Shown here: positions 37,966-52,249 of the stretch, in pieces
Layout of the letters: each line of letters begins with the position of its first letter
Position numbering within the stretch: position 1 is the stretch's first letter
From: Mobula birostris
Lineage: Eukaryota
Direction: 5' to 3'
NCBI RefSeq assembly: GCF_030028105.1
Contig: NC_092381.1
Location: forward strand, 55,888,505-55,952,504
Length of the DNA: 64,000 nt
The notes under the pieces: generated by a model
Databases searched by the model: none
What the model saw: only the letters and a program-made list of their open reading frames with translations
What the model was told of the DNA's origin: nothing
Position numbers and translations under genes: made by a program

Positions 37966-39820
37966 CTAGATCCAGAAAATACCACAACAAAAACTTGTTT
38001 AAAAATTCAGTTATTTCATGGATATCATTTTGCAGTCCAGAGCACCAACTATTCTTAGTTTCACTTGCACAAAAGCGGCAGTGGGATCTTGTGATGGGAT
38101 GTGATTACCAAGGTTTTTATTATTGTTCTCTAAAAGGGATCTATGTGAACAAAACAAACAACTAAGTCTTAAAATAATTCCTAGTGAAATATCAATACCC
38201 AGCACTAAATCTAGAGTGGCAAACAATTAATTTTTTAAAAATGACAAGTCATAAATTTTGCCAGTCCTTCATTAAGAATCCAGGATCTGTGAAAAGAGCA
38301 ACAATCAACGTGTCAAAGACTTCACCAGAAATGTCAAAGTGAGAAAACCAGGTAGTATGAATTGCAGATGGAGTGGGTGGACAAGAGGGGGTTGAGTAGG
38401 ATGAACTGCCACCTTCAACCAGATTCTAATAACAGATAGTTCTTTCCCTCCCCTTTCAGAATTCCAAAGAAATTGTTCCTTCTGTAATTGCCTAGTTTTC
38501 TCTCCACCAATCATGGTAATTTTACAACCATCTGGGGATCTAAACTTCCTTCAGCAATCAAGTACTGGTTGTGGTGGAGTACAGTTCAAGTTTAGACACC
38601 TCACAGCACTTATGACTGGCCTACTTTGGGCTGCTAAACTAGTTCTGAATCTATCACAATTAGCAGAATGGCACTGCAATGTAAAACAGTATTTTTTAAT
38701 CTGCAGTTAAGACAATATTTTGGTATCACTAGGTCAATGTAGTTAGTAGTCATGCTTACCTGTACCATTATGCACTGTATATACAGTTGCAAGAAAAATT
38801 CTGTGAACCTTTTGCAATTACCTGGTTTTGTGCATTAATTACTCATAAAATGTGGTCTGATCTTCAACTAAGTCACAATAACAGACAAACACAATCTGCC
38901 TAAACTAATAACGCACAAACAATTGTACTTTTCATGTCTTTATTGAACACATTGTTTAATCATTCACAGTCCAAGCTAGGAGAAGTATGTGAACTCGTTC
39001 ATTTAATAACTGGTAGAACCTCTTTTACCGGGAATAACCTCCACCAAACCTTTCCTGTAGCTGCTGATCAGACTTGCACAACAACAAGGACGAATTTTAA
39101 GACTATTCCTCCATACAAAACTTCCAGTTCATCAATATTTCTGGAACGCCTTACTTGAACAACCCTCTTCAGATCATGGCACAGCATTTCAATTGCGTTA
39201 AGGTCTGGACTCTGACTAGGCCATTCTAAAACAATTTTTTTTTACTGTTTTGAACGGTCTGTTGTTGATTTACTCTTGTCTTTCAGATCGTCATCTTGTT
39301 GCATCATCCAACCTCAATTAAGCTTCGGTGACAGACCACCACTGACATTCTTCTGTAAAATGTCTTGATACATATTTTGAATTCATAGTTTCCTCAACAA
39401 TTGCAAGCTGTCCAGGCCCTAAGGCAGCACAGCAACCCCAAACCATGATGTTCCTTCCACCATGCTTCACAGTTGGGATGAGGTTTTGGAGTTGGTGTGC
39501 AGTGCCCCTTTCCCTCCAAACATGGTGTGCATTTCTGCTAGAAAGTTCAACTTTTGTCCCAACTGTTCACAGAACGTTGTCCCAGAGGCATTGTGGAACA
39601 TTCAGGTCTTTTGCAAACTTGAGACAAGCAGCAATTTTTTTTTTTTTGGAGAGCAGTAGTTTCCTCCTCCTCCTCATCCTCCATAGTGTCCTTCCACGAA
39701 CACCATTCTTGTTCAGTGTTTTTCTTATAGTGGACGTATGAACAGAGACTAGCAAGTTTTAGAGATTTCTGCAGGTCTTTTGCTGTTACCCTTGGGTTCT
39801 TTTTCATCTCCTTCAGCATT

Positions 39821-40950
39821 GAAATGAAATGAAATACCTTTATTGTCATTTCATAGTACAATACAGCAAAAATGAGTTTGCAACTCTTGTACTCAATGCT
39901 ATAAAACAACAAATAAAATAAATAAACAATAAATAAAATCAAGTAACCAGCCAGTACAAGCAATGTCCAGCTGTACAAAAGCGCAACTCACATGCATGAC
40001 AGTCGTAAAAGCAGTATTGAAAGTAGCGGTGGGGGAACATGTTGCGTCCTTTTCAGGGCGGTTAGTCCACCTTTGGTCCCCACCTGGCACTCAGCTCTCA
40101 CCTGTGGCTCCCCATAGCTGTTTGCATGCGACAGCGGCCACACCCCGGGCAACGGCTTCGACAAGCCGGCTAAACCAAGTGAGGGTAGCCGACAGGTCTC
40201 AAACCCTCGGTGTGATAGGGAGTTGTCTATCCCAGCATGTGAAGGCAGACTCCAGTGGGTTGAGCGGACGAGACCTATGGAAGGTCCAACGGTCAAGAAG
40301 GCGTCTCTGCAAGTGTAGTGGAACGTGTAGAGCAGGACAAGACACAGAAGATGTCCTGGTCATCCACTGTGCCTAGTCCCATCTCCAGCCGTCTAGACTC
40401 TGTCTTGCCACTGGATCCAGATGGGAATTGGGAAGAGAGAGTGAGGCTGACGCTGTGTAACTCTCCCTCACTTAAATCCAAATCACGCGCTAGTCTCGAC
40501 ATCACCATAATGGTGTCGAAGTCCTCATCAACGTCAACAATGGACGAACAACCAACCAACCATTGAAAGTAGCAATATAACAAATTTATGGATGATGCTT
40601 GATCAATTGGTTCAGAGCAATTACAGCTCTGCGGAAAAAGCTATTTTTCAGTCTGGAAGTGCGGGCATAGAAAACCTTATAACGTCTGCCAGATAGAAGA
40701 AGTTCAAACAGATGATTGCATGAGTGTGTATTGTCCTTACAGATGCTTGTAGCTTTCCTTAGGCAGCATGAGCTGTAGGTGTCCTCCTGGGCTGGGATGT
40801 GTCTTGATGATCTTCTGTGCGCTAGAGACGACCTGCTGAAGTGCTTTCCTTATCAGCTGCTGTACAACTGAGATACCACACAGAGATGCAGTACGCTAAG
40901 ATGCTCTCTTTGGTGCAGCGGTAAAAAGTCACCAGCATCTGTTCATCTGA
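39821..40950 (-). mobile_element. Rex1-type LINE 3' fragment nested in Tc1
   Basis: Encodes FYRCTKESILAYCISVWY; (ATTTC)n tail. Confidence 0.75.
40028..40561 (+). mobile_element. Non-autonomous retroelement, probably RTE-derived, nested in the Rex1 fragment
   Basis: Perfect 12-bp TSD attgaaagtagc, (AACC)n tail and a CpG-rich body. Confidence 0.75.
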
Positions 40951-41954
40951 GCACATTGTGTTCTTGGTGTGATCTTTGCAGGATACCCACTCTAGGGAAA
41001 GTAGCAACAGTACTGAATTTTCTCCATTTGTAGACAATTTCTCTTACCCTGGACTGATGGAACACTCAGGTCTTTAGAAATGCTTTTGTAGCCTTTTACA
41101 GCTACATGCTTCTCTACAATTCTTCTAAGGTCCTCTGAAAGTTATTTTGATCAAGGCATGGTGCACATAAAGAGACCTTGCTTGAGAAGTGCAGGCTCTG
41201 TCAGTAACCTGACTTTATGTGTCTTAATAAAGGGCACCTCTACAACCCACACCACCAGTTTGAACTCATTGATTGGAACACTTGACTCCAAACAGCTCTT
41301 GTAGGAGGCATTACCCCAGAAGTTCACATACTTTTTTGAACTTAGACTGTGATTGTTTAAATGATGTACTCAGTATTGATGAGAAGCAGTACAATTGTTT
41401 GTGTTATTAGTTCAGGTAGATTGTCTTTGTCTATAATTGTGCCTAAGTTGAATATCACAACACATTTTATGAGTAATGCAGAAGACCAGGTAAAATGCAA
41501 CAGGTTTTCAAACTTTCTTGCAACTATACGTATCTACAAATGAATTGGCAGATTGCAAGATCAAGTGGCTACTTCTCAAATGTTGAATTCCTTGCATCTG
41601 CTGCAAGCCTATAGCTCAACAACTTTGGTGGCAAATTGAAGTTTGAATTGCGTAGTTTTAAATTGTAGCAGATGGTCAGAAAGCATTACTTCCCTGGATA
41701 CTGGATTAAGAGAGAGCACAGAAAATGGATGATAAGCAAATGAGTAAATAGAAGTCAGGAAGGCAAGGGGAAATGCCAAATTCAAAGTTATGTGTAGGCA
41801 TATGAATAGGAGAGCTTATATACAGGAATGGTTTGGAGAAAATGTGTGTAGTGAAATCAGAGGAAAAGGGTCAAACAAACTGACTATGAACCTGAGAATA
41901 TCTCTGTCAGTTGGTTTAGGGAATCTAGCATATTATAGTAAGGTTTTTCTTTAC

Positions 41955-42032
41955 CTGTGGCTGAAAATCAACTGGTTCCAATCCTCGACATTCGAATTGT
42001 ACGATTGTCTTAAATTTTTCACTGTCTTCGGC
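41955..42032 (-). CDS. CZIB: CZIB exon 6
   Basis: aaag|[26 protein letters not shown]|GTAAAG; 78 nt. Confidence 0.95.
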
Positions 42033-42218
42033 CTTTTGTATAAAATTACAACCTGATTAACGCTGTATTTATAAAATAATTCTCTATGCAAATACATACA
42101 AGCAGAAGCATAATTCAATAGTTGTTTCACGAAGAACAAAAGATACATGTTTTGCTTGAACATAAATAAGCTACAACATAGTTCAGAAAACCATATGTAT
42201 AGTCAAAGGCCCACTTAC

Positions 42219-42250
42219 ATTATATGGGTTGATGGTATCCTTCAGAATAT
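42219..42250 (-). CDS. CZIB: CZIB exon 5
   Basis: cttag|AT (D) ILKDTINPYN|GTAAGT; 32 nt, and the phase fits exon 4. Confidence 0.9.
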
Positions 42251-43779
42251 CTAAGAAACAAATTGACAATTTAAAACAAAATGAAATTTTAGATTGTTGC
42301 AGTAGATAATCTGCACATTAAAACACTTAATAGCTATACTATAGGTTCTAAATATCACAGGACAAATGCTGGTAATTCTGCTCAGATTTGCAAATGGTGA
42401 ACCAACAAATATAAAAAATGTATTTTTTGCTTTTAGATCAGGACAATTGTTTTAACTTTACAAAAAATAATTATTAGAGGCTTCAAGAATAGATTTTAAT
42501 GGACAATAATATCCCAATTCATAATTGCAAAATCTACATGAGCCCCACAAGACCAGAATTAGTTACAAGGCCTAAACGAGACTCTTCTTGGCTACCATTT
42601 CTGAATATTGGATATAACTATAGAAATCAGTAACTTGGTAATGATTCATTGCCAAACAAAACACTGATCTACTTACAAATTAGCAAAAGTAGTAATAAGC
42701 TGTCTGAAACAAATAATGATCATCTCAAAAAATTAAAAAACCTCTTTCCCAGAAAATTTAAAAATTTCAGATATCACCTTTATGACTGAATTTGCCAACT
42801 TCAGCTACTGGGGTATAATGCTTTCAAATAACTCTAGTCACATTAATGAATCGTGAGACATTAAACTAAATTTATGTGGCACCTTCTATGCATAAAATTC
42901 ACTCAATGGCCACTTTATTAGGCACGGCTAGTCATTAATGCAAATATCTAATCAGCCAATCTTGTGGCAACAACTCAATGCAAAGTTGCTGTTCAGACCA
43001 AACATCAAAATGGGGAAGAAATGTGATCTAAGTGACTTTGACTGTGGAATGATTATTGGTCCCAGATGGGGTGGTCTGCAGATCTCTTGAAATTTTCACA
43101 CACAACAGTCTCTAGAGTTTACAGAGAATGGTGCAAAAAACACAGAAGACAATTTCAGCAGTAGATATGTTGAAGCAGTGCATCATAAGTGTTTTTGAAG
43201 AGGGAATATGGTATTTTATGTTCAGAAGTCATAAAGAATCCAGTTCTGCATCACAGATTGGAAGGTATCACTACACAATCAAATACCACTGGATGTGTAC
43301 AGAATGGTTTTTGCCTAATCAGCAACCAAACCTACAAAAGACCCAAAAGTCTCTAACTGACATCATTCAGACACTTAAATGCCAAGCTTTCAGAAAAGTT
43401 AAAATATATATTAGAATATTGCAGAGAAGCAGTATTTTACCTTTTATGGTTTTGCTCACTGAAGAATGGTGTTAGAAATCACATTTTTTAAAATACTTTT
43501 TATAAAATTTGTAATTTTTAACAAACTCATGTATTTTTCCACAGCATGTGGTGGTTTGACCCAACTTACTGGCAGAAAGTGAAATTAACCGTTTATCACC
43601 TTTCCTATTTTTCATTGGCTAAGTACAAGCATATTACTGACATGATATAATTGTGCAACTATTGATGGTTTAGTTTATCTAAGGAATTTTCCTTATCTAT
43701 AAAAGTGATGGATTTTTCAGAGGCACCATCATTTTTCCTCTGCCGTTCATTTAACTCTTAGCATTGTTTCTCAGTTCTT

Positions 43780-45605
43780 TGATGGCTCTGGGCCTGTACT
43801 TGCTGGAATTTAGATGAATGAGGACGATCTCATTGAAACCTTTCGAATGTTGAAGGGCCTGTACAACAGATGTGGATAGGATGGCATGGACTTGGGATAC
43901 AGGGACGTCCATTTAAAACAAAGATGCAGAGAAATTTCTTTAGCCAGAAGGTGGTGAATTCGTGGAATTTGTTACCACAGGCAGCTGTGGAGGCCAGGTT
44001 CTTTAGATTATGAAGACACGCAGTCCTCTTTTATTGTCATTTAGTAATGCATGCATTAAGTGTATTTAATTTGGAGATTGATAGGATCCTGATTGGCCAT
44101 GGTATCAAAGATTATGGGCAGAAGGCCGGAGAGTGGGGCTGAGGAGGGGAAGAAAGGATCAGCCATGATTGAATGGCAGAGTAGACTCGATGGACCAAAT
44201 GGCCTATGTCTTATGTCTTTATTTAGTTTGCTTAGTATTTGTATGTTTGTACTCTAAAATAAACAATCATCAGAATTAAGATTCGTCGTCATCGCTGACT
44301 CCTGAAAGCATCAGAAAATAAAGAGATTCACCACCGGATATAATAATATTGAAAGCAATCCACAGGAGATTCACTACCCTAATTCTTGAGACAAGAGGAT
44401 GACCAGAAAAGTTAGATCTGTATTCTTTGGAGGTCAGGAGGAGGGAAAAGGGTAGTCCTAAACATGAACATGCCTTTCTTCCCGAAGTATTGCAAATCTC
44501 TTAATTATCTCCTCTGGGGTAGGAAATTTAAGAGGGAGGTAAACAAACTTTAGAAATATTAGCCATTATTACCTTGAATGGCAAGTCAGGCTTGAGGGGT
44601 CATATGTCCTATTCCTGCTCCTATTTTCACGTGTAAATAAAAACATGCTGAGCCAAAAGAGGAGATAAAGCAGATGGCCAAATGTGTGTATAAACTGGTA
44701 GGTTTTAAGGAACATTTTACCGTTTTAAGGGAAGAGAAGTGGAATGGTAACAACAGAGGCCAAGACAGTTGAACATAACTGTCATGAGTGAAGAAATGAA
44801 AGGATGCTCAAGAAAACATAACAATACAAGAACAGGCCCTTTGGTCTGCTGAGCATAATGCCAAATTAAACTAATCCCTTCTGCCTACACATGATTTACC
44901 ATCCCTGAATATTCATGCATTTATCTAAAAGCCTAAATGTCACCATTGTATCTGCATCCACTACTCCTACCAATCCTGACGTGCTGTTCTGGATGCCTAC
45001 CCTGTGTATAAGTATTCCTTCAGCATATCCCCTTCAAATTCCACCCCCCCCCCGCCTTAAAGCTATACCCTCTAGTATTTGACATTTCAATCCTGGGGGG
45101 AAAAAAATCTGACTGCCTACCCTATGCCTCTCATAATTTTATAAACTTCTAACAGGTCCCCAATCAGCCTCCGATTCTCCAGAGAAAACAGCTTTAAGTG
45201 TTACCAACCTCTCGTTAAGGCTCATGACATCTATTTGAGGCAGCATCCTGATAAATATCTATCTACTCTAAAGTCTCTACATCTTTTCTGCAATGGGAGA
45301 AACTAGAGTTGCATGCAATGCTCCAAGTGTAGCCCAACAGAAATTGTACAACTGCAATTACAGCTCCTCACCCTTGTACTCTATGCTATGTGCATTCTTT
45401 CCCACTCTATCTACGTGATTGCTACCTTCAGGGAGGTATGAAGCTGGACCTTAAGATCCTTTCGTTCAACAATGCAGTTAGGGGTCCCGCTATTAACTAT
45501 ACTTGCCCCTTATATTTGGCCTCCCAAAGCGCAATGCCTCACACTTGCCCTGATTAAACCCTGTATGCCATTTCTATATCCATAACTGTAACTGATCTGT
45601 ATTCC
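43780..45605. mobile_element. Cluster of decayed CR1 3' fragments (plus about 43780-44220, minus about 44820-45605)
   Basis: Similar to the other CR1 copies (aatttctttagccagaaggtggtgaat and related motifs). Confidence 0.65.
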
Positions 45606-46111
45606 AGAGTAACTAAAGGCAACAAAAGTATGTCATGGAACTGGAAACAGGGAGTTCCAGACAGAACGGGTAACAAATTTGATTTGAAAACACAAACAAA
45701 AAGAGAGACCGGATATCAATCCCAATCTTTGCAGACTACCATCCGATGAATCATACCTTTTAATACCAGTGGAAATAATTATAAAAATCAGTCCTTTTTC
45801 AAGAAGTATTTTCACTTACAATTTTTTTTCAAGAATCTTAAGATTCCAAAATATCCCTGCAGCTAAGTGCAGATCATTTTAAGGAAATGGAAAAAAAAAG
45901 TGATTAATGTAATGGACTAGTAATCTAGAGGCATGGATTCCAATCTCAAGACACCAGCTGGGGAACCTAAATTTATTTAATTAAAATAAATCTGGAATTA
46001 AAAGAAAATCAGTAATGGTGACCTTGAAATTATGTGATCAGTAATGCCTTGCGAAAAGTTATAGCAAGCCAAACAGTTGTACCAGATGGTCAACAAAACG
46101 TAATAAAACTA

Positions 46112-46935
46112 CAGTACCTTAAAAAATTATTCGGCCCTCACTACTTTCAAATCTTCCTGTCCCACTTTCTCAATTTAAAATATATTGAAGTAGGACTTTT
46201 TGAACTAATCTACAAAACATTTTGCATCATGTCAAATGAAAAGAAAATATTTTAAAATCTGTCAATAAATTACTGAAATTTAACCAATACTGTAAGGCTG
46301 TAAGGGTATTCATCCCCTTTGTAATTACTACACCAACTTTCCTTGGCTGCAATTATTACATTACCAATTCACCCAATTTGTTGATATAAAAAATTGGAGG
46401 ATCACCTATTTTCAATGAATTCATAAGACCTCCCTCTGTAAGGTCCAACAGTATAATAGATTTTCGAAAGACCAAACCAAAATGAAGACAAAAGAGCATT
46501 CAAGACAAATCAGGGAAATGATAATAGAAAGTACAAATCTGGGTAAGGGTACAAGACCATTTCAAAGGCACTGAACATACCTCGGAGCTCGGTGCAGTTC
46601 ATTGTGAGAAAGTGGAAAAAAGAGGAAACCCACAGCCACACTGCCTTAAGTCAGGCCACTTCTCTAAACTTAGTCACTGGAGAAAAATGGCACTTGTAAG
46701 ACAGGGTACTGTAACGCCAACAGTCATTCTGAGTGAGCTGCGTATGTCAGTGGCTGCAACTGGAGATGAAGTTCATGGCTCCACAATCTCAAGTCATTGG
46801 ACAACAGACATTTATGGAAGAGTGGCAAGAAAGAAACCCTGACTAAAATAAAACAGTTCTTGCCTGTAAAGGCTTTGCAAATCGTCACTTAGAAGATACT
46901 GTAAATGTGTGGAAGAATGTCTTATGGTCGGATGA
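46112..46935 (+). mobile_element. Tc1-family transposon, left end plus N-terminal transposase remnant
   Basis: TA-CAGT start, then MKTKEHSRQIREMII..KSGKGYKTISKALNIPRSSV...VLWSD with frameshifts. Confidence 0.75.
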
Positions 46936-46989
46936 TCATCGAATCAAAGGTCCATGGTCCTGCCATGTCCATCTGTGAATGGCACTGAA

Positions 46990-49900
46990 CAACTGGGTTA
47001 TGATGCAATTGTACAAGATATTGGTGAGGCCATATGTGGATTATTACATTTGGTTTTGGTCACCCTGTCATAGGAACTATGTGATTGACTGGAAAAAGTG
47101 TAAAAAAGAATTCCATGAATATAGCAAAGACTTGAGGAACTGAGTTATAGGGAGAAGTTAGATGAGGTGGGCCTTAATTCCTTAGAACAGAAAGAGGCTG
47201 AGGGGTGATCTCAGAGATAGACAATTTCATGAGAGGCATAGACAGAGTAAGCAGTCTTTTTTCCAGTGCTAGGGAATTGAAAACCAGAAGACATAATTTA
47301 CAGGTTAGAGGTGAAAGGTCTAATAACCCAATGTTATCTTTTAATACACAGTGGACATAGATAACAAGTATAGAACCAGCTGCCAGAGTGAGTGGTTGAG
47401 ACAGGTACGTTAGATATATTTTAAAGTATATGGATAGATATATGGATGACAAGAGTTTAGAAGGATCTGGGAAATGGGATTACCTGGAATATACACTTTG
47501 GTCACATAGACAGCTATGGACTGAAAGGCCTTTCTCTGTGGTGTACAGCTCTATGGCACTAAATAACTAACTTCTTCAACAAACAAGCTAGGTATGTGAC
47601 AAAAATAAGGGAGTAGTGATTGCATCCATCCTCAGCCAGATGTTTCAAAAGCTGATTCACTTCTGTCTCCTCTTCTGGTCCCCAGTGTGCTATCCAACAT
47701 GGATGAAAGAAGAATTCCAAAGTTGAAATGAGACAAATTCTTTGTGATATCAAGGTGGCATTTGTTCAACTATGCTATTAAGGAGGCCTGGTAAAACTGA
47801 AATCCCTAATTACAGCCATAATCAAATAAAAAGACTGCTGACTAGTCCCAACAAGAGAGTCTGTGATACTTGATCCCCCAAAAAGGGAATCAGACAGGGC
47901 AGGTAACTAAAGTTTGTGTTGGGGAACACTTTGCATCTAGTGATCATAATGCCATTAGTTTCAAAGTAAATATGGAAAAAGATAGGTCTAGTCCATGGGA
48001 TGAGATTCTAAACTGGAGAAAGGCCAATTGTGATGGTATCTGGAAGGATATGGCAGGTGTGGTTTGGGACAGGCTGCTTTCTGGCAAAGGTGTACTTGGG
48101 AATTTGGAACAAAATTTTGAGAGTACAAAGCTTGTATGTGCCCTTCAAAATAAAGGAAAAAAATAACAGGGTTAGGGAACCTTAGTTTTCAAGAGATACT
48201 GAGTTCTCGCTTGAGGAAAAAAAAGAGGTGCACAGCAGGTACAGGCAGGCAGGAAAAAATGAAGTACTCATGGAGTATAAGTAGTGCAAGAGAACACTTA
48301 AGGAATAAGAAGGGCTACAAAAAGGCACAAGGTTGACCTAGCAGACAAGATAATGGAGATATGTTAAGAGCAAAAGGTTTGAAAGGGACAAAATTGGTCC
48401 TTTGGAAGATCAGAATGGTAATCTATGCCATCTAGTCAAGTTTATTGTTATTCAACTATATACATGTATATAGAAATGAGACAATGTTTCTCCAAACCGG
48501 GGTGTAAGGTACAGTAGTACACATATCACACAATAACTTAAAAAGGTAAAGATAAAATCTACAGATGAATCACACATAAATAACAAACTAAAGTGCATTA
48601 ATATTAAATATTCTAAGGTATAGAACAGATTAACCAGTGAGACCAAATACGATGCGGCAGGGAGCTCAGAAGCCTAATGGCCTGGGGGAAGAAACTTTCT
48701 CATCCTGACCGTTCTTATTTTTATGCATCATAGTCTGCTGCCTTATGGTAGAAAGTCAAAGAGGATGCTATATAATACTAAGGGCCCTGCAAGGTATGAA
48801 AAATGTCCCCGATGGATGGCAGGGTACCCCCATGATCCACTCAGCTGCTCTCACAGCCTCTGTGGGGACTTCTGGTCCAACGCATGGAGCCAAAAGATAT
48901 AGGGTACATCTTAAATGGATTTTTTGCATCTGTACTTACTCAGGAGATGAACACAGAATCTACAGAAGTGAGGCAAAGCAACAGTGAGGTCATAGACCCT
49001 ATACAGATTTCAGAGGAGGTGGTGTTTGCTGTATTGAGGCAAATGAGGGTGGATAAATCCTCAGGTCCTGACAAGATGTTCCCTTGGATCCTGTGGAAGG
49101 CAAGTGCATAAATTGCAGGGCCCTAGCAGAGATATTTAAATTACAGTACAAGCAACAGTTGAGGTACCAGAGGATTGGAGGACAGCTAATGTTGTTCCAC
49201 TGTTTAAGAATGGCTCTAAAAACAAACCAGGAATTTATAGGCTGGTGAGCCTGACATTAGTAGTGGAAAAGTTAAGGGACCAGTATTGGGATAGACATGG
49301 ACTGATAGACAAGGACAGTCAGCATGGTTTTGTGCATGGTAGGTTGTGTCTAACCAATCTTATAGAGTTTTTCGAGGAAGTTACGAGAAAGTTTGTGAAG
49401 GTAAGGCAGTGGATGTTGTCTGCATGGACTTTAGCAAGGCATTTGACGAAGTCCTCCATAGAAGGTTAGTCAAGAAGGTTCCATTGCTTGACATTCAAGA
49501 TGAGGTAGTAGACTGGGTTACATATTGGCTTTGTGACAGAAGCAGAGACTGGTAGTACATGGTTGCCTCTCTGATTGAAGGCCTGTGACTAGTGGTGTGC
49601 TGCAGGGATCAGTGCAGGGTCCATCATTGTTTGTCATCTGGATGATAATGTGGTTAAGTAGATCAGAAAATCTGCAGATGACACCAAGGCTGGTGGTGTA
49701 GTTGACAGTCAGGAAGGCTACCAGAGCTTGGAGCAGGATCTGGACCAGCTGGAAAAATGGCAGATGGAATTTAATGCAAGGTGTTGCACTTCGGTAAAAC
49801 CAACCAGAGTAGGTCTTACACTGTGAATGGTAGTCACTGAGGTGTGCCGTACGACAAAGAGATCTGAGAATACAAGTCCATAATTCATTGAAAGTGCCAT

Positions 49901-50805
49901 CATAGGTAGGTAGTGTCATAAAAAAAAGCTTTTGGCACATTGGCCCACACAAATCAAAGTATTGAGTACAAGGGATGAGATGTTATGTCGAAGTTGTACA
50001 AGACATTGCTGATGCCTAATTTGGAGTATTGTGTGCAGTTTTGGTCACCTACCTACAGGAAGGATGTAAATAAGACTGTAAAAGTACAGAGAAAGTTTTC
50101 AAGGATGTTGCCTGGACCACAGGACCAGAGTTAAAAGGAAAGATTGAATAGGTTTGGACTTTATTCCTTAGAACATAGAAGATTGAGGGGAGATTTGACA
50201 GAGCTATACAAAATTATGAGAGGTATAAATAGGGTAAATGCAAGCAGGCTTTTTCAACTGAGGTTAGGTGGGACTACAACTAGAGGTCACAGGTTAAGGA
50301 AGAAAGTTTAAGGGGAACATGAGGGGAAGCTTCTTCATTCAAAAGGTTGTGAGAGTGTGATTGATAGATAGACAGACAGACATACTTTATTAATCCCGAG
50401 GGAAATAGGGTTTCGTTACAGTTGCACCAACCTAGAATAGAGTATAAATGCAGCAAGATAAAACCATAAATAATTAAATAATAATATGTAAATTATGCCA
50501 GATGGAAATAAGTCCAGGATCAGCCTATTGGCTCAGGGTGTCTGACCCTCCAAGGGAGGAGTTGTAAAGTTTGATGGCCACAGGCAGGAATGACTTCCTA
50601 TGACGCTCTGTGCTGCATCTCGGTGGAATGAGTGGGTTGAGCTACCAGCACAAGCGGTGCATGCCAGCTTGATTTCAACATTTAAGAGAAGTTTTGATAG
50701 GTATGTGGATGGCAGGGGAATGGAGGGCTATGGAACTAGGGACTTCAAGTGTTTCAGCACAGACTAGATGCGCTGAAGGGCCTGTTTCTGTACTTTTCTA
50801 TGACA
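46990..50805 (+). mobile_element. Decayed CR1 LINE fragments with two nested Rex1 3' fragments (about 48435-48880 and 50360-50635)
   Basis: Encodes SDHNAISF, DKSSGPD, SQHGFV and MDFSKAFD, with many frameshifts. Confidence 0.75.
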
Positions 50806-51132
50806 TTGTTTTGCAAAGCAAACATATTGAACTTAAGAATTTTTACAGCAACTACAGAACTTATTTTGTGCTAATATGTGGCATAAACAATTTTAATCCT
50901 TTTTCCTATGTTTTTGTAAAGAAATTAATATATATGGCATTTAGACCAAAAGCACTCAAACAAAAATAAATATTTGGACTTTGATATGTATTTACAAAAT
51001 ATCAAAAACTCTTGTCATTAGTAGAATAAATATTATTTTAATCAATACATAATTTATATTCAGAAGAATTGAAAAGGGCAGTGCAATTAAAGCACTGGTT
51101 TTGGAATTTTATTTCTTCCATCTTTTACCTAC

Positions 51133-51214
51133 CAATAGAGTTCTCTCTTGAGCACAACTTGCACTTTTGTATCATATTGGCACTTCCTCTCCCACCTTTG
51201 AGTGGGGCACTGTT
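51133..51214 (-). CDS. CZIB: CZIB exon 4 (second CxxC)
   Basis: tacag|NSAPLKGGRGSANMIQKCKLCSRENSI G|GTAGGT; 82 nt. Confidence 0.95.
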
Positions 51215-52192
51215 CTGTACAAAACAACAACAACTTGCATTTATGCAGGAACCTTTTAAAATAGAAGATACTTTAATACGTTTTTAAAAATACAACAGTA
51301 GTGAAAAGATTGATAACCAGGGTGTCTACAAGGAAAACAGAGAACCAATGCATTTGGATATCATAACCTAATAGCGATATCAAACCTCGACTCGAGAATA
51401 TATCATTGAAGGGTTGCACAAACATGATGAAGAGGGAAAGGTCAGCGTCAGAGCTCAAGAGAAAGTTATTATGGAACTCAAAGTAATAATTAATTATTAA
51501 TTGCTTGTAATATATTGACTTAGCTTGAAGGAGAAATTGATTCAGGTATTGATGTTCCACAGAGCTTCAAGCAGGTGATGACACTAGCAAGTTTTTGTGG
51601 AAAGGTCAAAGGCTTATGAAAGAACATCATCCTTGTCAAACACATTGTAGTCTGTGCCATATGTCAAATAGTTACGTTAATGGAAACATTCAAAGTGTAC
51701 ATTTTGGAACTGCTAGAATTAGAAGTTTGGCAGAGGAAATGAATAACTAATTGCTTCATTTAATGTAGGGGAGTTATAGAAAGGGGCTCAATGTTAAAGA
51801 GACAGCAACTGTATCCTTAAAGACAAATGAGATTGTTCAAGTAAGAGTGGTAAGAAAGAATTGTGCAAGTTAGACACACGTGGGTACTGAGAGAGCAAGA
51901 GGAAGAATACATAGGGGTGATGGTACCAATATGAATGTTGGAAATAAAGAGACCCATAAAACCATCACTGGCGATGAAGACAATTGGATCTGGGAAAATG
52001 ATTAGTAAATTTTATTCACACACTGATTGGAGCAGGCTGAGAATATGTAAACTAACTGAAGTTAGAACATCAGGTTAGCACTTCATGTAGAAATTTGACC
52101 AATTATTACCTTGCAACTTGATAAAATCAGTGAAGGTATTTTATTTCAATAATCAAAGGGAATGAATAAAAGATGTGCAAAATACAACTCAC

Positions 52193-52249
52193 CATTAACG
52201 TGACATACTGCCATTTTTCAGAAACATCACCACAATTCTGACATTTCAA
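52193..52249 (-). CDS. CZIB: CZIB exon 3 (first CxxC)
   Basis: aatag|LKCQNCGDVSEKWQYVTLM|GTGAGT; 57 nt. Confidence 0.95.

Larger units (their letters stand above)
38784..41526 (-). mobile_element. Tc1-family transposon (related to the copy at 26749) with nested insertions
   Basis: TA TSDs and TIR cagttgcaagaaa. Colinear with the first copy except for an insert at about 39821-40950. Confidence 0.85.

Noticed and set aside
45812-45860. Alternative candidate for CZIB exon 5
   Set aside because: It has splice-like ends but no protein similarity; 42219-42250 fits in sequence, length and phase.
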